From: Phoronis australis
Lineage: Eukaryota; Animalia; Phoronida
Direction: 5' to 3'
DNA length: 64,000 nucleotides
NCBI GenBank assembly: GCA_002633005.1
Contig: NMRA01000326.1
Location: forward strand, 1 to 64,000
How positions within the stretch are numbered: the first letter of the stretch is position 1; each line of letters starts with the position of its first letter. A model generated the notes under the pieces. That model was not told the origin of the DNA and searched no databases. It saw only the letters and a list, made by a program, of their open reading frames with translations. Positions 48,177 to 59,640 of this stretch are shown one piece after another. A program made the position numbers and the translations under genes.

Positions 48177-50894
48177 TTGAAGAATTGCGTATCGTTTTCT
48201 GTTACAAAAACTTCTGGTATTATTGATATGTTGTATATCCACGCATTGATTGGGCCAAGATGTAAAGCACCAGATCATTCCGTTCTTGTTTTAAGGTTTA
48301 AAATCTCCTCGCCTGGAGTGTGTTCATCTGGCATCGACAGACCTTTAGATTCAGATAGCCTTTCGAAAAAACGTAAATATGACACCTCCAATATCCCTGT
48401 ACAATTTAGTAATAATGTGACATTTAATGAAGAAATTTTATGTTTAACTGATTCATTATTGTTATCCTATGAACATCAGAACCAACTTGGTATTGTGTAT
48501 CAGTCATTTGTTGACCTATTAGTTAAGGAAATGGATTCTTGGCTGGACTACAAGGATTTATCCAAGTCGTAAACTAAGAAAGTATTTTAAAAGGAACCAG
48601 CCTTACTGGAATTTGAAATTTAATGATTTGTGGAAAAATTTGAAAGACATAGAGAAACAACTTTCAAGAGGTCAAAGAGGACGCGGGAACTGGTCACATT
48701 ATAAACAACTATTTCTGTCTGCTCAATAAAAATTTGACAAGAAACTAAAATGCGCAAAATGCTCATACCAGTTTTAACTGGTATGAGCATTTCGCGCATT
48801 TTAAACGTTTAAAAACGTTCAGATTGAAATTGAGAATCTGAATACTGAAAATCCTAAGCAATTCTGGGCATATATTAAGAAACTGGGACCAAAACAGTTT
48901 AGCAAAGTTACCCTGGAAGTCCTGGATTCAAATAATGAAATTAACTGACAAAAATTTCGTTCTAAATAAATGGAAAACTGATTACGAACAATTGTTTAAA
49001 TGCACTTTAATCTGAAAATACACCATTTGATGAAGAATTTTATTTGAAAACGTGTACTAATGTCTTCTGACTGGTATAAGGCAATTATAATCCCGATACC
49101 TAAGAATTCAACAGACAACCCTAGGTTACCTTTGAACTATAGTGGGATAAGTCTTCTTTCCAATATTTATAAAATCTTCAGTGCTGTGTTGAATAATAGA
49201 ATTTTGGGCTGTGAACAGAACAATATTTTAGTTGACGAGCAAAATGGTTTTCGAAGCCAACGGTCTTGTATTGATCACTTATATGTCCGTCTTCAATTAT
49301 TCAAACAAGAAAGTCGTCTAACCTTTCCACATTTGTGGACATGAAAAAAGCTTTTGACTGGACAAACCATGAACTTCTGTTTTATAAATTACTGCAAAAT
49401 AATATTAATGGTAAAATGTATGATGCAATTCCCATGATTTACAGAAGTCCGTTGAACTGTATACGATTAAATGGCACTCTGTATAGTGATTTGTTCACTC
49501 CTGAAAACGGTGTCCGTCACGGGGACGTTTTATCACCGACACTCTTTGCATTATATATAAATGACTTAGCTTTGGATATTAAAAAACTGGGTAAAGGTGT
49601 CCAATGTGGCCCGAACAATATTTCAGTGCTTCTTTATGCCAACCATATTGCACTTTTGTTTGAGAATGAAAATGACATGCAAGATATGTTGAAGGTTTTA
49701 CACAACTGGTGTAAAAAGTGGAGAATGGTTGTGAACATGGCAAAAACTAATGTTGTCCATTTTTGAGCTAAGTCTATGCCTAGAAGCAATTTTGAATTTA
49801 TTTTGAACAGTTTCATCAGTTATAAATCCTCATACAAATATTTAGGCTGTATTCCGGATCAACACCTTGACTTCAAAGAAAATTTGAATACGTTATCTGA
49901 AGCTTCTGGTAGAGCGTTAGGGAAGATATGCTCAACATTCTGTGATAACAAGAATCTAAGTTTCGACACGTTTAAAACATTACTTAATTCGTGTGTGGCA
50001 CCAATTTTGGATTACGGGTCATTTGTTTGGGGTTACAAAAATTTTGATAATGATGAAAATATCCAAAACAGAGCGATGCGTTTTTATTTAGGGGTCAACC
50101 GATTTACAGCCACTCATGCTGTTAGTGGCGATATGGGGTGGGACTCCACCGGAAAGATTTAAATTGAATATGCTGCGTCTTTGGAACAAACTAGTAACCA
50201 CAGGTGGTGATAGGTTACTGAACAAGGTATTTCTATGGGACTACTCTGTTGGTAGAAAGGGTTGGATAGACGGATTAAAAAAATTGCTTAACGTAACTGG
50301 CATGCAATCCTGTTTTCAAAATTTGACTACTTGTAAAATAGATGATAGAAACAAACTTAGACTGAATCTGCTGTAATTAAACCCAAGAACCTATATTTTT
50401 GACTTGTTAACTGAGCCGTATGTAAAGATTAATTGATCTCGTTCCGAGTGGTCTCTTTTGGCTAAGCTTAGAACAGGAAATCTCCCATTGCACTTGGAAA
50501 CTGGTCGTTATGTAAACACTCCTGTAAGTGAAAGACTTTGCTTGTGTTGTGACTCTGCCTCTGTGGAGGATGAGCTACAGTTTGTGTTTGATTGTTCTCT
50601 TTATAACTCACGGAGGTCTATTCTGTTTAATGTTTCACTTCAAATCCCAAACTTTGTAGATTTCACTACGTTAAAACTGCTATTTCAGTATTTCCCTAGT
50701 CAATTTGCCAAATATATCAAGTCTGCTTTTGAACTTAGAAACCGACGCATTTATGGTAGGTCTACATCTGAGTTGTGTGGTTAAAGTGACTAATAAGCCC
50801 AACTGGGCTGGGTACTTATCTTTCTTAAGAATGTTATACCTATAACTGTTTGATTTAATTGTACTTGTCACTATAATAAATAAATACTACTACG
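48177..50894 (+). mobile_element. Decayed 5'-truncated non-LTR retrotransposon (APE-RT LINE; RTEX- or L2/CR1-group-like ORF2)
   Basis: End of APE domain (PDHSVL); RT blocks WYKAIIIPIPK, NYSGISLL, EQNGFRSQRSCIDH, DMKKAFD, GVRHGDVLSPTLF, LLYANH (YADD degraded), YKYLG; C-terminal LRTG..LETGRY..ERLCLCC..VEDE..C; tail aataaataaatactactac; many frameshifts and stops. Confidence 0.93.
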
Positions 50895-51135
50895 ACAGGG
50901 GCCACCCTGTAAATAACTTGCAGAGAATGATTAGTTACTGACCAGCGGATTCATCGTTTGTGTACTTCAAACCACAAAACCTAGCACATTTACTATTATT
51001 GACTAGTCACAAAGTCACGACATCCCACAAAAACAAGAATGTTCCTATCAGGAATTGGGTTGTGAAAATTGTTTTCTAATTATTATAAGCAGATATCAGG
51101 ACAAAGTTAACTTCACACTAATGATTGTAAATACT

Positions 51136-51141
51136 TTTATT
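51136..51141 (-). terminator. Candidate MPI polyadenylation signal AATAAA
   Basis: tttatt on + strand about 310 nt past the MPI stop codon. Confidence 0.5.
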
Positions 51142-51453
51142 TCCCCACCCATAACCACACTGAACAACCAATCTAATGCTACAATCTACATGTTCAAAGT
51201 TTGAACTGTTAACAAAATATAACTATTCTGTTCTCACCCGTAAAACAACATAGTGCCTTAAATTCAAATATTTGTAATTACGTTATACTGGGAATGTTGG
51301 TTCCATAAAGTAACTAGACTTGTAGCCAATCTCAGTAATACACTTGTCAATTACACCAAGTAAAGTAGGTTTCCGTTTAATAGTAACATGACACTGACAG
51401 TACGACTAACCTGTTGTCAGTAAAGACCCGTATTAAATTGACCAACCACATAA

Positions 51454-51660
51454 TCAAGCACAGAAAGCACGGAAGAGAAGCAGCCCGTCAGACATGATGT
51501 TAATATTCACACTCTCATTGGCTGCAACGAAAAACACCACTCCGCGCCTGACATCAATGGTGTGACCATCACAGTAACCTTGACCTTGCCCAGTAATGGT
51601 CAGCACAATGCTTGCACTGTCAATGGATGTGATGCTGTATTGAAAGACACCTTTTGGAAC
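51454..51660 (-). CDS. MPI: MPI exon 8 (VPKGVFQY...LLLFRAFCA*)
   Basis: tttacag| ... TGA; cupin-like C-terminus [10 protein letters not shown]. Confidence 0.93.
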   Translation of the reverse strand, partial: VPKGVFQYSITSIDSASIVLTITGQGQGYCDGHTIDVRRGVVFFVAANESVNINIMSDGLLLFRAFCA

Positions 51661-54600
51661 CTGTAAAGAATATCCGAATATCAAATTTCAGAAAGTTATG
51701 GTGTCGTAAAGCAGAATATTCAACGATCAATGTCAACCAAGAAAGAAGAAACATGTTGTTTTCAAACTTCACATAAACTGCTTATCATTTTGAATGACGT
51801 ATTCTTAATAACATAGCATAAGCAAGAAATTCAATTTAAGGCCTAAAAGTGGGCGGATCATCCATTCTGATATCATGTGCATGTTAGGAATGGTATACAA
51901 GCCATGTTATTCATGTACCCNNNNNNNNNNNNNNNNNNNNNNNNNNNNNNNNNNNNNNNNNNNNNNNNNNNNNNNNNNNNNNNNNNNNNNNNNNNNNNNN
52001 NNNNNNNNNNNNNNNNNNNNNNNNNNNNNNNNNNNNNNNNNNNNNNNNNNNNNNNNNNNNNNNNNNNNNNNNNNNNNNNNNNNNNNNNNNNNNNNNNNNN
52101 NNNNNNNNNNNNNNNNNNNNNNNNNNNNNNNNNNNNNNNNNNNNNNNNNNNNNNNNNNNNNNNNNNNNNNNNNNNNNNNNNNNNNNNTTTAGTCACCACT
52201 GTCACAAGCCCTCAACACCCTTAGTGCCAGGCCTTAGTCACCACTGTCACAAGCCCTCAACACCCTTAGTGCCAGGCCTTAGTCACCACTGTCACAAGCC
52301 CTCAACACCCTTAGTGCCAGGCCTTAGTCACCACTGTCACAAGCCCTCAACACCCTTAGTGCCAGGCCTCAGTCACCACTGTCACAAGCCCTCAACACCC
52401 TTAGTGTCAGGCCTTAGTCAACAGTAAAACTTGAATAAAAAAACCATCAAAGGACAATGAAGCTGTAAGTCTGCAAAACACAAATCCCAAAATGGCCACC
52501 ATGGCAACATCTTATTTCCAGTTTACACCAAAAATTGTCCTTGAGCTACTGAAGAGTTAAGTGTTGCGTGCAAATTTGATGTTGATTGGATAAGGAATGT
52601 GATCTGGGGCACACATATAAAGAAAAAATCACGACAATGCTCAAAACATTTTGCAGAAAATTGCATTTCGCATTATAAAAAAGAACAATGACATCGTTTG
52701 GCTGACCAACTATAGCTCTTTCAGCAAGTTAGAGATAAGTAATATGCCAGTGCTGTCAGCTATTTAAATCAAGGTTCCAAATTTTACCTGTATCTTCGAA
52801 ACTGCAAAATCTGGCACTGGTGGATTATACACACTAAGGTAGGGATCATTAGGCTCCATGGTTGGTGCAAAGAGTCTTTCCTTAGATGCCTTGGGCTCAT
52901 AAACCAACATTTCACAGAGCGTCGAGACATCTTTGAACTTGGCTGTGAGACCCGCTCGAACTACGTTGTCAGAACACGACATGCATTCTATGCAGTCTAA
53001 AACACAACATATTTTCTATGCAGTACAAAACACACCACACATAACACACAAATGGATAACTAAAGCTAAATTTGACCAAGTGTTGTCAAGCTTAGTTGCA
53101 CATACAGTAAAAAATCTATCTTTAATTTAGGATAAAAATAATTTATAAAATTACCAAAATTATTTTCTAATTGTCAGATGCTTATAACATTTTTGTAAAT
53201 GCTCAAAATTTTACCAAATGTTATTTGGTAATAGCCATGTCATACAAACAGAAGTAAGTCATTTGTCCTAAAAAGTTAAACTTTGGTTGAGAAGTTTGTG
53301 ACCTAAACTGAAGAATTTTACTGTAATCTTTCTCCACACTTGCTATCTTGCTAACCATCATTTTTTTAGCTAGAAAAATTAATGATAATTAGACCAGGCT
53401 TGTCAAAAAATCTTGCTCAGTGAGTCATTTTTTATCATTGAATTCCAAACTTGGAAAACCTTGTTGCTTGGTAATTTCTGCTGTGAAAGCTTTAAAACGG
53501 TTGATGTTCAATAGCATAGTTCAAGCTGACAATCTCCAGCAAATATTTTCACCTAACAAAACTGGTGATCAAACAAAACAAAACAGTACAGCTCCTCTAG
53601 TGTATTCAACTGAACTAACCAACACATCTGCCACATTACTAATACAGTTACCCAAGCTTATTGTGAAAATTTGAGTGAGGTTGCGTAACTTTTGGCTTGA
53701 TTTCTCTAGCCAGAAAGGATTACTCAAGCTCAAGGAATTTAGGATAGAAGGCTGCACACCCTGCAAATGTTGATTTGTTGTTGTGAACCTTTCAAGAGAT
53801 ACATAAAGAGAGCTTGGTTACTCATTTCCAAACTTGTACAATAATTGTAGGCAGCAAAAGTAATAGTCTGGTATTTTGGTGGAAGACTAGTTATGATCAG
53901 TGATAATGCAAAGTAATAGTTTGGTATTTTGGTGGAAGACTAGTTATGACCAATGATAATGCAAAGAGTCTATTCAAGGATTATGGTGAGAATAAAAGTG
54001 GAAAAATATTTTTATGATCAAATTCAATGGTAATGTGAAAAGAAACAATGCCATTGCTGCCATTCAGAACAACATATTAAGTCACATGACCTTGATGTGT
54101 CACGTACATCAACCTGCACATTAGTATGAACTGCCAACCGAAAGATATCTAGTAGTGCAACTTCACTCAACTTTTATGTAAATATACAGCGGTAGATTCA
54201 TGTCCACTACACTAGTTTAAACTTCAGCAAATATAGTGGTAGATTCAAGTCCACTACACTATTTTAAACTTCAGCAAATACAGCGCTAGATTCATGTCCA
54301 CTAAACTATTTGATACTTCAGCAAATATAGTGGTAGATTCATGTCCACTAGACTATTTGATACTTCAGCAAATGGTGTGTAAACAGGTCAAGTCCCAAGT
54401 TACCAAAGCATGATCACATTATTCTGCTGAGGATTCAACAGCAATCACAGATTTTATTAAAAAAACAGTGTTCACATGACACTACTGCTTACTATGTCGA
54501 ACCATTTCGTTTTCTTGAACAAATTTCACAGTAAATAGCACTGAAAATGATGACTGAACAAGCACGCACATTCTGTCACCACAACAAACAGAGTATCTGG

Positions 54601-57600
54601 AAGCAAATGACATTATTGCCAACCAAACTGGTGACATTGTGCTACACAGAGTATCTGGAAGCAAATGACATTATTGCCAACCAAACTGTTGACATTGTGC
54701 TACACTTACCACCAGATAGGTATGCATGTGGAAGATTGGCTTCAAGGAAAATGGCCTCGCCTGGCTGTAGCAGCATGTGATTCAAGAAGTAGATACAGAA
54801 ACATCCCACATCTCCAGGAAAGTGACTGTTCACCCGTAACATAAGCTCTCCTAGTCTGTCAGAAACATCCTTGCCTGACTTCACTGCAAAAGTATTATTG
54901 TCAAACTAGCAAACAGGTGGGGAGATTTCAGAAAAAAATAAAATATTCAGTTTATATGTTGTTCTTTAATACCATAAAAACCTAAAATGTACTAATAAAC
55001 AAGAGCAAGGCAAAGCATTGATATGGGCCCATAGTGGGCATCACAAAGCATTGATATGGGCCCATAGTGGGCATCACAAAGGTGAAGAGATAAGAGGCAC
55101 TCATTTTTTAATAAATAAATGTTTCCATGATAGTCTCCATATCCATCTCAAAACCGATATCGATTGTGCTATCTTCACTATGAACACATACTAGGTAAAA
55201 TTTCATGAAGATCAATTGAAGAACTTGGTGGATATTAAAGCAACAGCAATGATAATTTGCCAATAGGAGGTGCCACAGTAACCAGATACATCCAAAAATC
55301 CACACAAGTCAAGCTTTCCTCAAAAGTAACACATGAAGCAAATTTCATGAAGATCCATCAAGGAACTTGGTAGATATTGAGGTAGACGCAAATGCAATTT
55401 AAACTGCCACAAGGGCATGCCACAGTAGTCAGATAGTCTCAAAAAATCAACACAAACTGAGCTCTCCTCAATAGGGATACATATGCCAAACTTCATAAAG
55501 ATACATCATGGAACATGAAATTAAGCAAGAACAAAAACAAAATTGCCACTTCAGGGACCTCAAAGGCAGTTGAAACAAACATATGCGAACTCTTATGACG
55601 ATTCTTCAAGCAAAGGGTTTAGGTCGGCAATAACCAATGTATGATACAGAGAACTTTTTATACCCAAAATAAGACAATTCAAATTCTCAATTTCAGACTT
55701 TAAAGTAGCCTGTCATCTTACCGTCTTGATGCAGTGACTGTGTGAGAGCACAGAGATTCTTTTGAACAATATTCAGGTCACAGGTCATGAGTGCTGTAAA
55801 ACACTTCTTCAATGACCTTCGACCCTGTTTTCCATGACTACTATCAATCACCTCTACACAACTGATCATCTCCTGCGACAAGTCGGTTCCAATAACATTC
55901 CTGAATTCAGGGATTTCTGAAAAAAATTTGAGTTACAATAATTATGTGAAATGCTTAATTGAAAACAAATCTGATGACTGTATGAATGATACCTGTGTTC
56001 TTTGTTCAACGGAACTTAAAGTTGAATGTCTGGGTCACGGGGCACAATCGCAATACAAAGTTAGTGACCAAAATCAATCCACAATATAGAAAAGAGCCAA
56101 AGTTCAGATAAAAACCAACATCAAATCAATGAGCAAAGTGCAACTTCCAAACAAGTTATTTTCAAAAGTAAATAGAAGAGTTTGCATAACCAAACTCTTA
56201 ATGTTTTGGGAACAGACATGTGACTACCAACAGTCATATGACTACCAAAAGTCATGTGACTACCAACAGTCATGTGACTAACAACATTCAGACAAAAACA
56301 TTACTCTTCAAGAAGGAAACGATTTCTTCCAGAGGTCTAAATCCACAAAGTCCTTCAAACTGTGTTAATGCAATGGCCATCTCAGGTTTGTGATTGTCAT
56401 CAGGATACTTGTCTGGCTTTTCCCTGCGTAACTGCTCTGCATGAGCCTGAAATGACATGATGTTTGTGAACACTGCCTTTTAAATACAATTTATCTATCT
56501 GCATATAGTAGCCAGGCACAAAAACTAGCTTTCTAATTACTAACTAGAAGGCCTCAGGGAAAAGTAGATAATCTGTGAGCCCAAAAGTCATGCATATATT
56601 GAGCAACTTGAGTAACTGGGGCATATCACAACAAAATGGTGTTGTTTTTGTATTAATATGCTTAAATTTGAACTCCGCTTTACTTACAAAACATACAGAA
56701 AATTGTTTTAGCTAGCACAAAACATCAGTTTAGTTAGCATAGAACATCACTTTAGTTAGCACAGAACACCAACTCAGTTAGCACAGAACACTACTTCGAA
56801 TCAGTAAAAATCAAGTGAAATGGCCAGTGTGTGCTGGTGTTCATTGTTTGCATAACAATGAAAACTGTTTATCAATGGGCAAGTACACATGAGGCCAGTC
56901 TTTCTGTAATGTCTAAAAGACAAATTTAATATTACACTAAAAGTAATTAAAGAGTCCACACTACACCTTATTTGGGTGAGCCTGCACTGACAACGCCTGT
57001 TTGACAGAAAGCACTTTGAACAAAAACGGTAAACGGTCTCCAAATTGCTTTCTTATGTTGTTGCCCAACATGTCTGGGTTCTTTTCCAACCATTCTGTCA
57101 GCATGACATCTCCACCGTCACATTTGACCACAGATGGTGCCTTTGGGTGAGTGCCCATCCACAACTGCAAAATTGTATGCAGAATTCATCTCTTGCAATC
57201 TATAGAATACACACTATACCTGCGCATGGCTAATGTACTTCACCATCTGTCACACTAATGACTTATACCTAAATAACCTGCATTGAAAAACAAGTAAAAA
57301 TACCTAATATATCTGGGACAGAGTAGCCACACCCCATGGCTCTACATAACTCACAGTTCTCTCTGCACATCACACAAGTCTTCCTACATGCCCAACTTTC
57401 AACAAACAGTAAAATGGCAACATTATTCCAATATGGTTACGCTGTCCATGAAATTACACAATTGCTCCTTAATTTAAGACAATATCTTTGATGTGGATCA
57501 CTCACTGGACAATTTTTACTTAAAGAAAGGCATTTTTCTTAATGAAGCTGTTTTCCTTCATGAAAATCTTTTCATTTTAAATTTCCACACGACCCCACCA

Positions 57601-59566
57601 TTTCCTTCATTTCAAAATGATGGTCATGACCTCAAAAAGAATGTTTTTTAAGTAATGTATTTACACATTTATACTAAATGGATTTTTACAGCTCCTGATG
57701 ACCTTCAATGATTTTTGACCAAAAGAAATGGCCAATTTGTTTTTCTTCATTTTCAAAGGTTTCTAACGTTTTTCTGGAAGTCTACAATCTCTAAAATTAT
57801 TATCGAGCGGCAGCTATGACAAAGCACATTTTTCGTTTTTCATGAAAAAATGAATTAAAATAAAATTGTATTTGTCCACCATTAACTCATGGGCGGCGCA
57901 CCATAGGAAGCTGGGGGGCTATAGCTCCCCTCTTTTTTCAGTGCTTCGGAGCCCATGGTGTACAGGGGGTGTACCACAGAGGGGCTGTGGAGCTACGACC
58001 CCACATTTTTCAGTGCTGTACCGCCCATGTAACTGATCTAAAAAAGTGCGATTTTACCATAACAAATGTTTCCAAAGGAAGGATAGTACAAACTCTCATT
58101 CACAAATGTCAGTTATACTAGTAACTTACTTGCTTAAGTATATGCAATTTCCAACCAAGCAATGTTAATAACCTGCATTGTTACAATAGCCAGCAGGTGT
58201 TGCAGCTGTGAACATGGAAACCAGCTCACCTCAGCATAAGGTTCATCCTGCTTTAACTTGAAGTCAGATGAAGACAGAGACAGTTGCGCCACTTCACTCG
58301 ACTCGCCAACTTTACCCCATTGATACTGTTGAACAGCACACTTCAGGGGAAAAGCTGCATAAGTTAAAACATTGATTTGACAGTGTTATACCATTAGAAT
58401 AATGAGTATTTTAACAAATGCTATGCAGTTGATGATTTAACACGGTTTGAGCATTCTATCCATACAACTACAAATACCCTCACAACATTGAACAGGTTTT
58501 CAACTGAAGAAAGTAGCCAAAAGAACACTGAAGACCAAGGGCCCGTTCCAAGAAACTGACTTAAGTTCATTTTTTACTTAAGTTTAAGATCTGTCTTAAT
58601 TTCCAATCTTTGAAACTTCCAAATTCGGTAAGTCAAAATTATGACAAAACTTATGTCAAACACTTAAGTCAAACATAAAATCTCTTTCTTGAATTGGTTT
58701 TGAGACAAATTTAACTTCTATTTTAAAATTTACAAAATCTAAGATTCGTATTAGCTAAGTCAGTTTTGTTGGAACGGGCCCCATGTCTCCTTTAGAAAAA
58801 AGCCGAAGAGATTTCTGTGCTCAAATATGGCAAGGTTCCACACTGAGACACTGCATGGCTGATGATTGCCAGTCAATAGTAAGTATTCTGGGAGATAAAA
58901 TTCTTTTGTTATGATATGGGCGTTCACAAACATCCAAGCCGAAATCATGAGCACTTAGCCAAAAGCGGTGATGAGCTACTATCACCAACGAGGTACCCGC
59001 ATCCGGCTGGTTCATGGAGCGGGGTGCAGTGGAGTCCACAACCTACAGTACAGACAACAGTGCCTGTAGACAGTGACCACAGTCTCTAGCTGGCTCAACA
59101 GAGATTGTGTAGCTCCTGTAGGCGCTTCATTTGCCAGAAGCTTTTCGGCAAATTATGCCTCACACCGACTAAAACATCGCAGTCACGGTGGTCACTGTCT
59201 ACACTGCGGCTGGCTGCTTGCGTTTTCAGTAGCCAATATTGAATACTCAGCTCCTATTAGTTTAGCTTTTTTAAGGATTGGTTTACCCACTATGCTCGTC
59301 TGAGTAGAATGGAATTCAATGATATTCAGATGAGATGAGACCGCTGGGGCTGAATCAAAGGATGTCGATTGTGCCGACCTTGACCGTGAGATCGGTCTGG
59401 CATCACCTCATGGCCTCACACGCATCGAGTCACACCATAAACTGACGAACTACACACTCCATGACTTATGCACATGACGTGGGAGCAAGTTCTTCGAAAA
59501 AAATAATTCATGAATCTAAATAAGAAGACATTTACTGTATCTACCTTTCGGGCTCGCCGTCGTCAT
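51454..59566 (-). CDS. MPI: Mannose-6-phosphate isomerase (type I phosphomannose isomerase), 8 exons, 423 aa
   Basis: Exons 59545-59566, 58230-58354, 56967-57164, 56305-56446, 55722-55916, 54710-54883, 52788-52996, 51454-51660; total 1272 nt, all GT-AG, phases consistent. PMI motifs [80 protein letters not shown]. Confidence 0.97.
52189..52420. repeat. 45-bp minisatellite, at least 5 copies, abutting a gap
   Basis: TTAGTCACCACTGTCACAAGCCCTCAACACCCTTAGTGCCAGGCC. Confidence 0.93.
52788..52996 (-). CDS. MPI: MPI exon 7 ([18 protein letters not shown]...)
   Basis: gttttag| ... CAG|GTAAAA. Confidence 0.95.
53857..53965. repeat. ~53-bp tandem duplication
   Basis: aaagtaatagt..ggtattttggtggaagactagttatga..gataatgc twice. 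Confidence 0.85.
54181..54373. repeat. ~46-bp minisatellite x4
   Basis: gtagattcatgtccacta..acttcagcaaat units. Confidence 0.88.
54588..54704. repeat. 58-bp tandem duplication just inside MPI intron 6
   Basis: acagagtatctggaagcaaatgac..gacattgtgctac twice. Confidence 0.9.
54710..54883 (-). CDS. MPI: MPI exon 6 (FPGDVGCF...PHAYLSG)
   Basis: ttttgcag| ... G|GTAAGT. Confidence 0.95.
54997..55660 (-). mobile_element. Family B-like dispersed repeat copy in MPI intron 5, with an internal 33-bp tandem duplication
   Basis: aaatttcatgaagatc units on + strand; minus-strand end ...GCTCTTGTTT; 33-bp unit twice at 55011-55080. Confidence 0.45.
55722..55916 (-). CDS. MPI: MPI exon 5 ([10 protein letters not shown]...)
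   Basis: ttttcag| ... G|GTAAGA. Confidence 0.9.
56211..56281. repeat. 18-bp tandem repeat x4 (AACAGTCATGTGACTACC)
   Basis: Directly visible. Confidence 0.88.
56305..56446 (-). CDS. MPI: MPI exon 4 (AHAEQL...[10 protein letters not shown]...)
   Basis: tttcag| ... A|GTAATG. Confidence 0.95.
56706..56792. repeat. ~22-bp tandem repeat x4 (TTAGTTAGCACAGAACA..)
   Basis: Directly visible. Confidence 0.8.
56967..57164 (-). CDS. MPI: MPI exon 3 (LWMGTHP...QAHPNK)
   Basis: ttttgcag| ... AAG|GTGTAG. Confidence 0.95.
57888..58029. mobile_element. Dimeric MITE with CATGGGCGG TIR and 5-bp TSD TAACT
   Basis: CATGGGCGG...CCGCCCATG; TAACT on both flanks; two ~70-bp units; homologous copy at 63498-63640. 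Confidence 0.85.
58230..58354 (-). CDS. MPI: MPI exon 2 ([15 protein letters not shown]...PYAE)
   Basis: tatgcag| ... GAG|GTGAGC. Confidence 0.93.
58539..58781. mobile_element. MITE, Harbinger/Tourist-like (GGGCCC termini)
   Basis: GGGCCCGTTCCAAGAAACTGACTTA ... TAAGTCAGTTTTGTTGGAACGGGCCC; flanks CAA / CAT. Confidence 0.8.
59545..59566 (-). CDS. MPI: MPI exon 1 (MTTASPK)
   Basis: ATG at 59566 in a CpG-rich region; donor G|GTAGAT, phase 1 matches exon 2. Confidence 0.72.
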
Positions 59567-59640
59567 AATTGTCACGCCCTCTGTTGGAAAACACGAACCC
59601 AGCTGCTCGCTGGTTCCCTGCGTGCCGCTAGGTAGTAGCG
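59567..59640 (-). promoter_or_regulatory. MPI 5' UTR / proximal promoter region
   Basis: Local CpG enrichment directly upstream of the exon-1 ATG in an otherwise CpG-poor region. Confidence 0.4.

Noticed and set aside
52189-52420. Regular repeats (also 9908-10217, 40790-41240, 54181-54373) as CRISPR arrays
   Set aside because: Head-to-tail units with no unique spacers, no cas genes, and a eukaryotic intronic context.
52224-52427. Repetitive ORF ([15 protein letters not shown])n, and the ORFs at 9893-10300
   Set aside because: Translation by-products of minisatellites; the first is antisense within an MPI intron.
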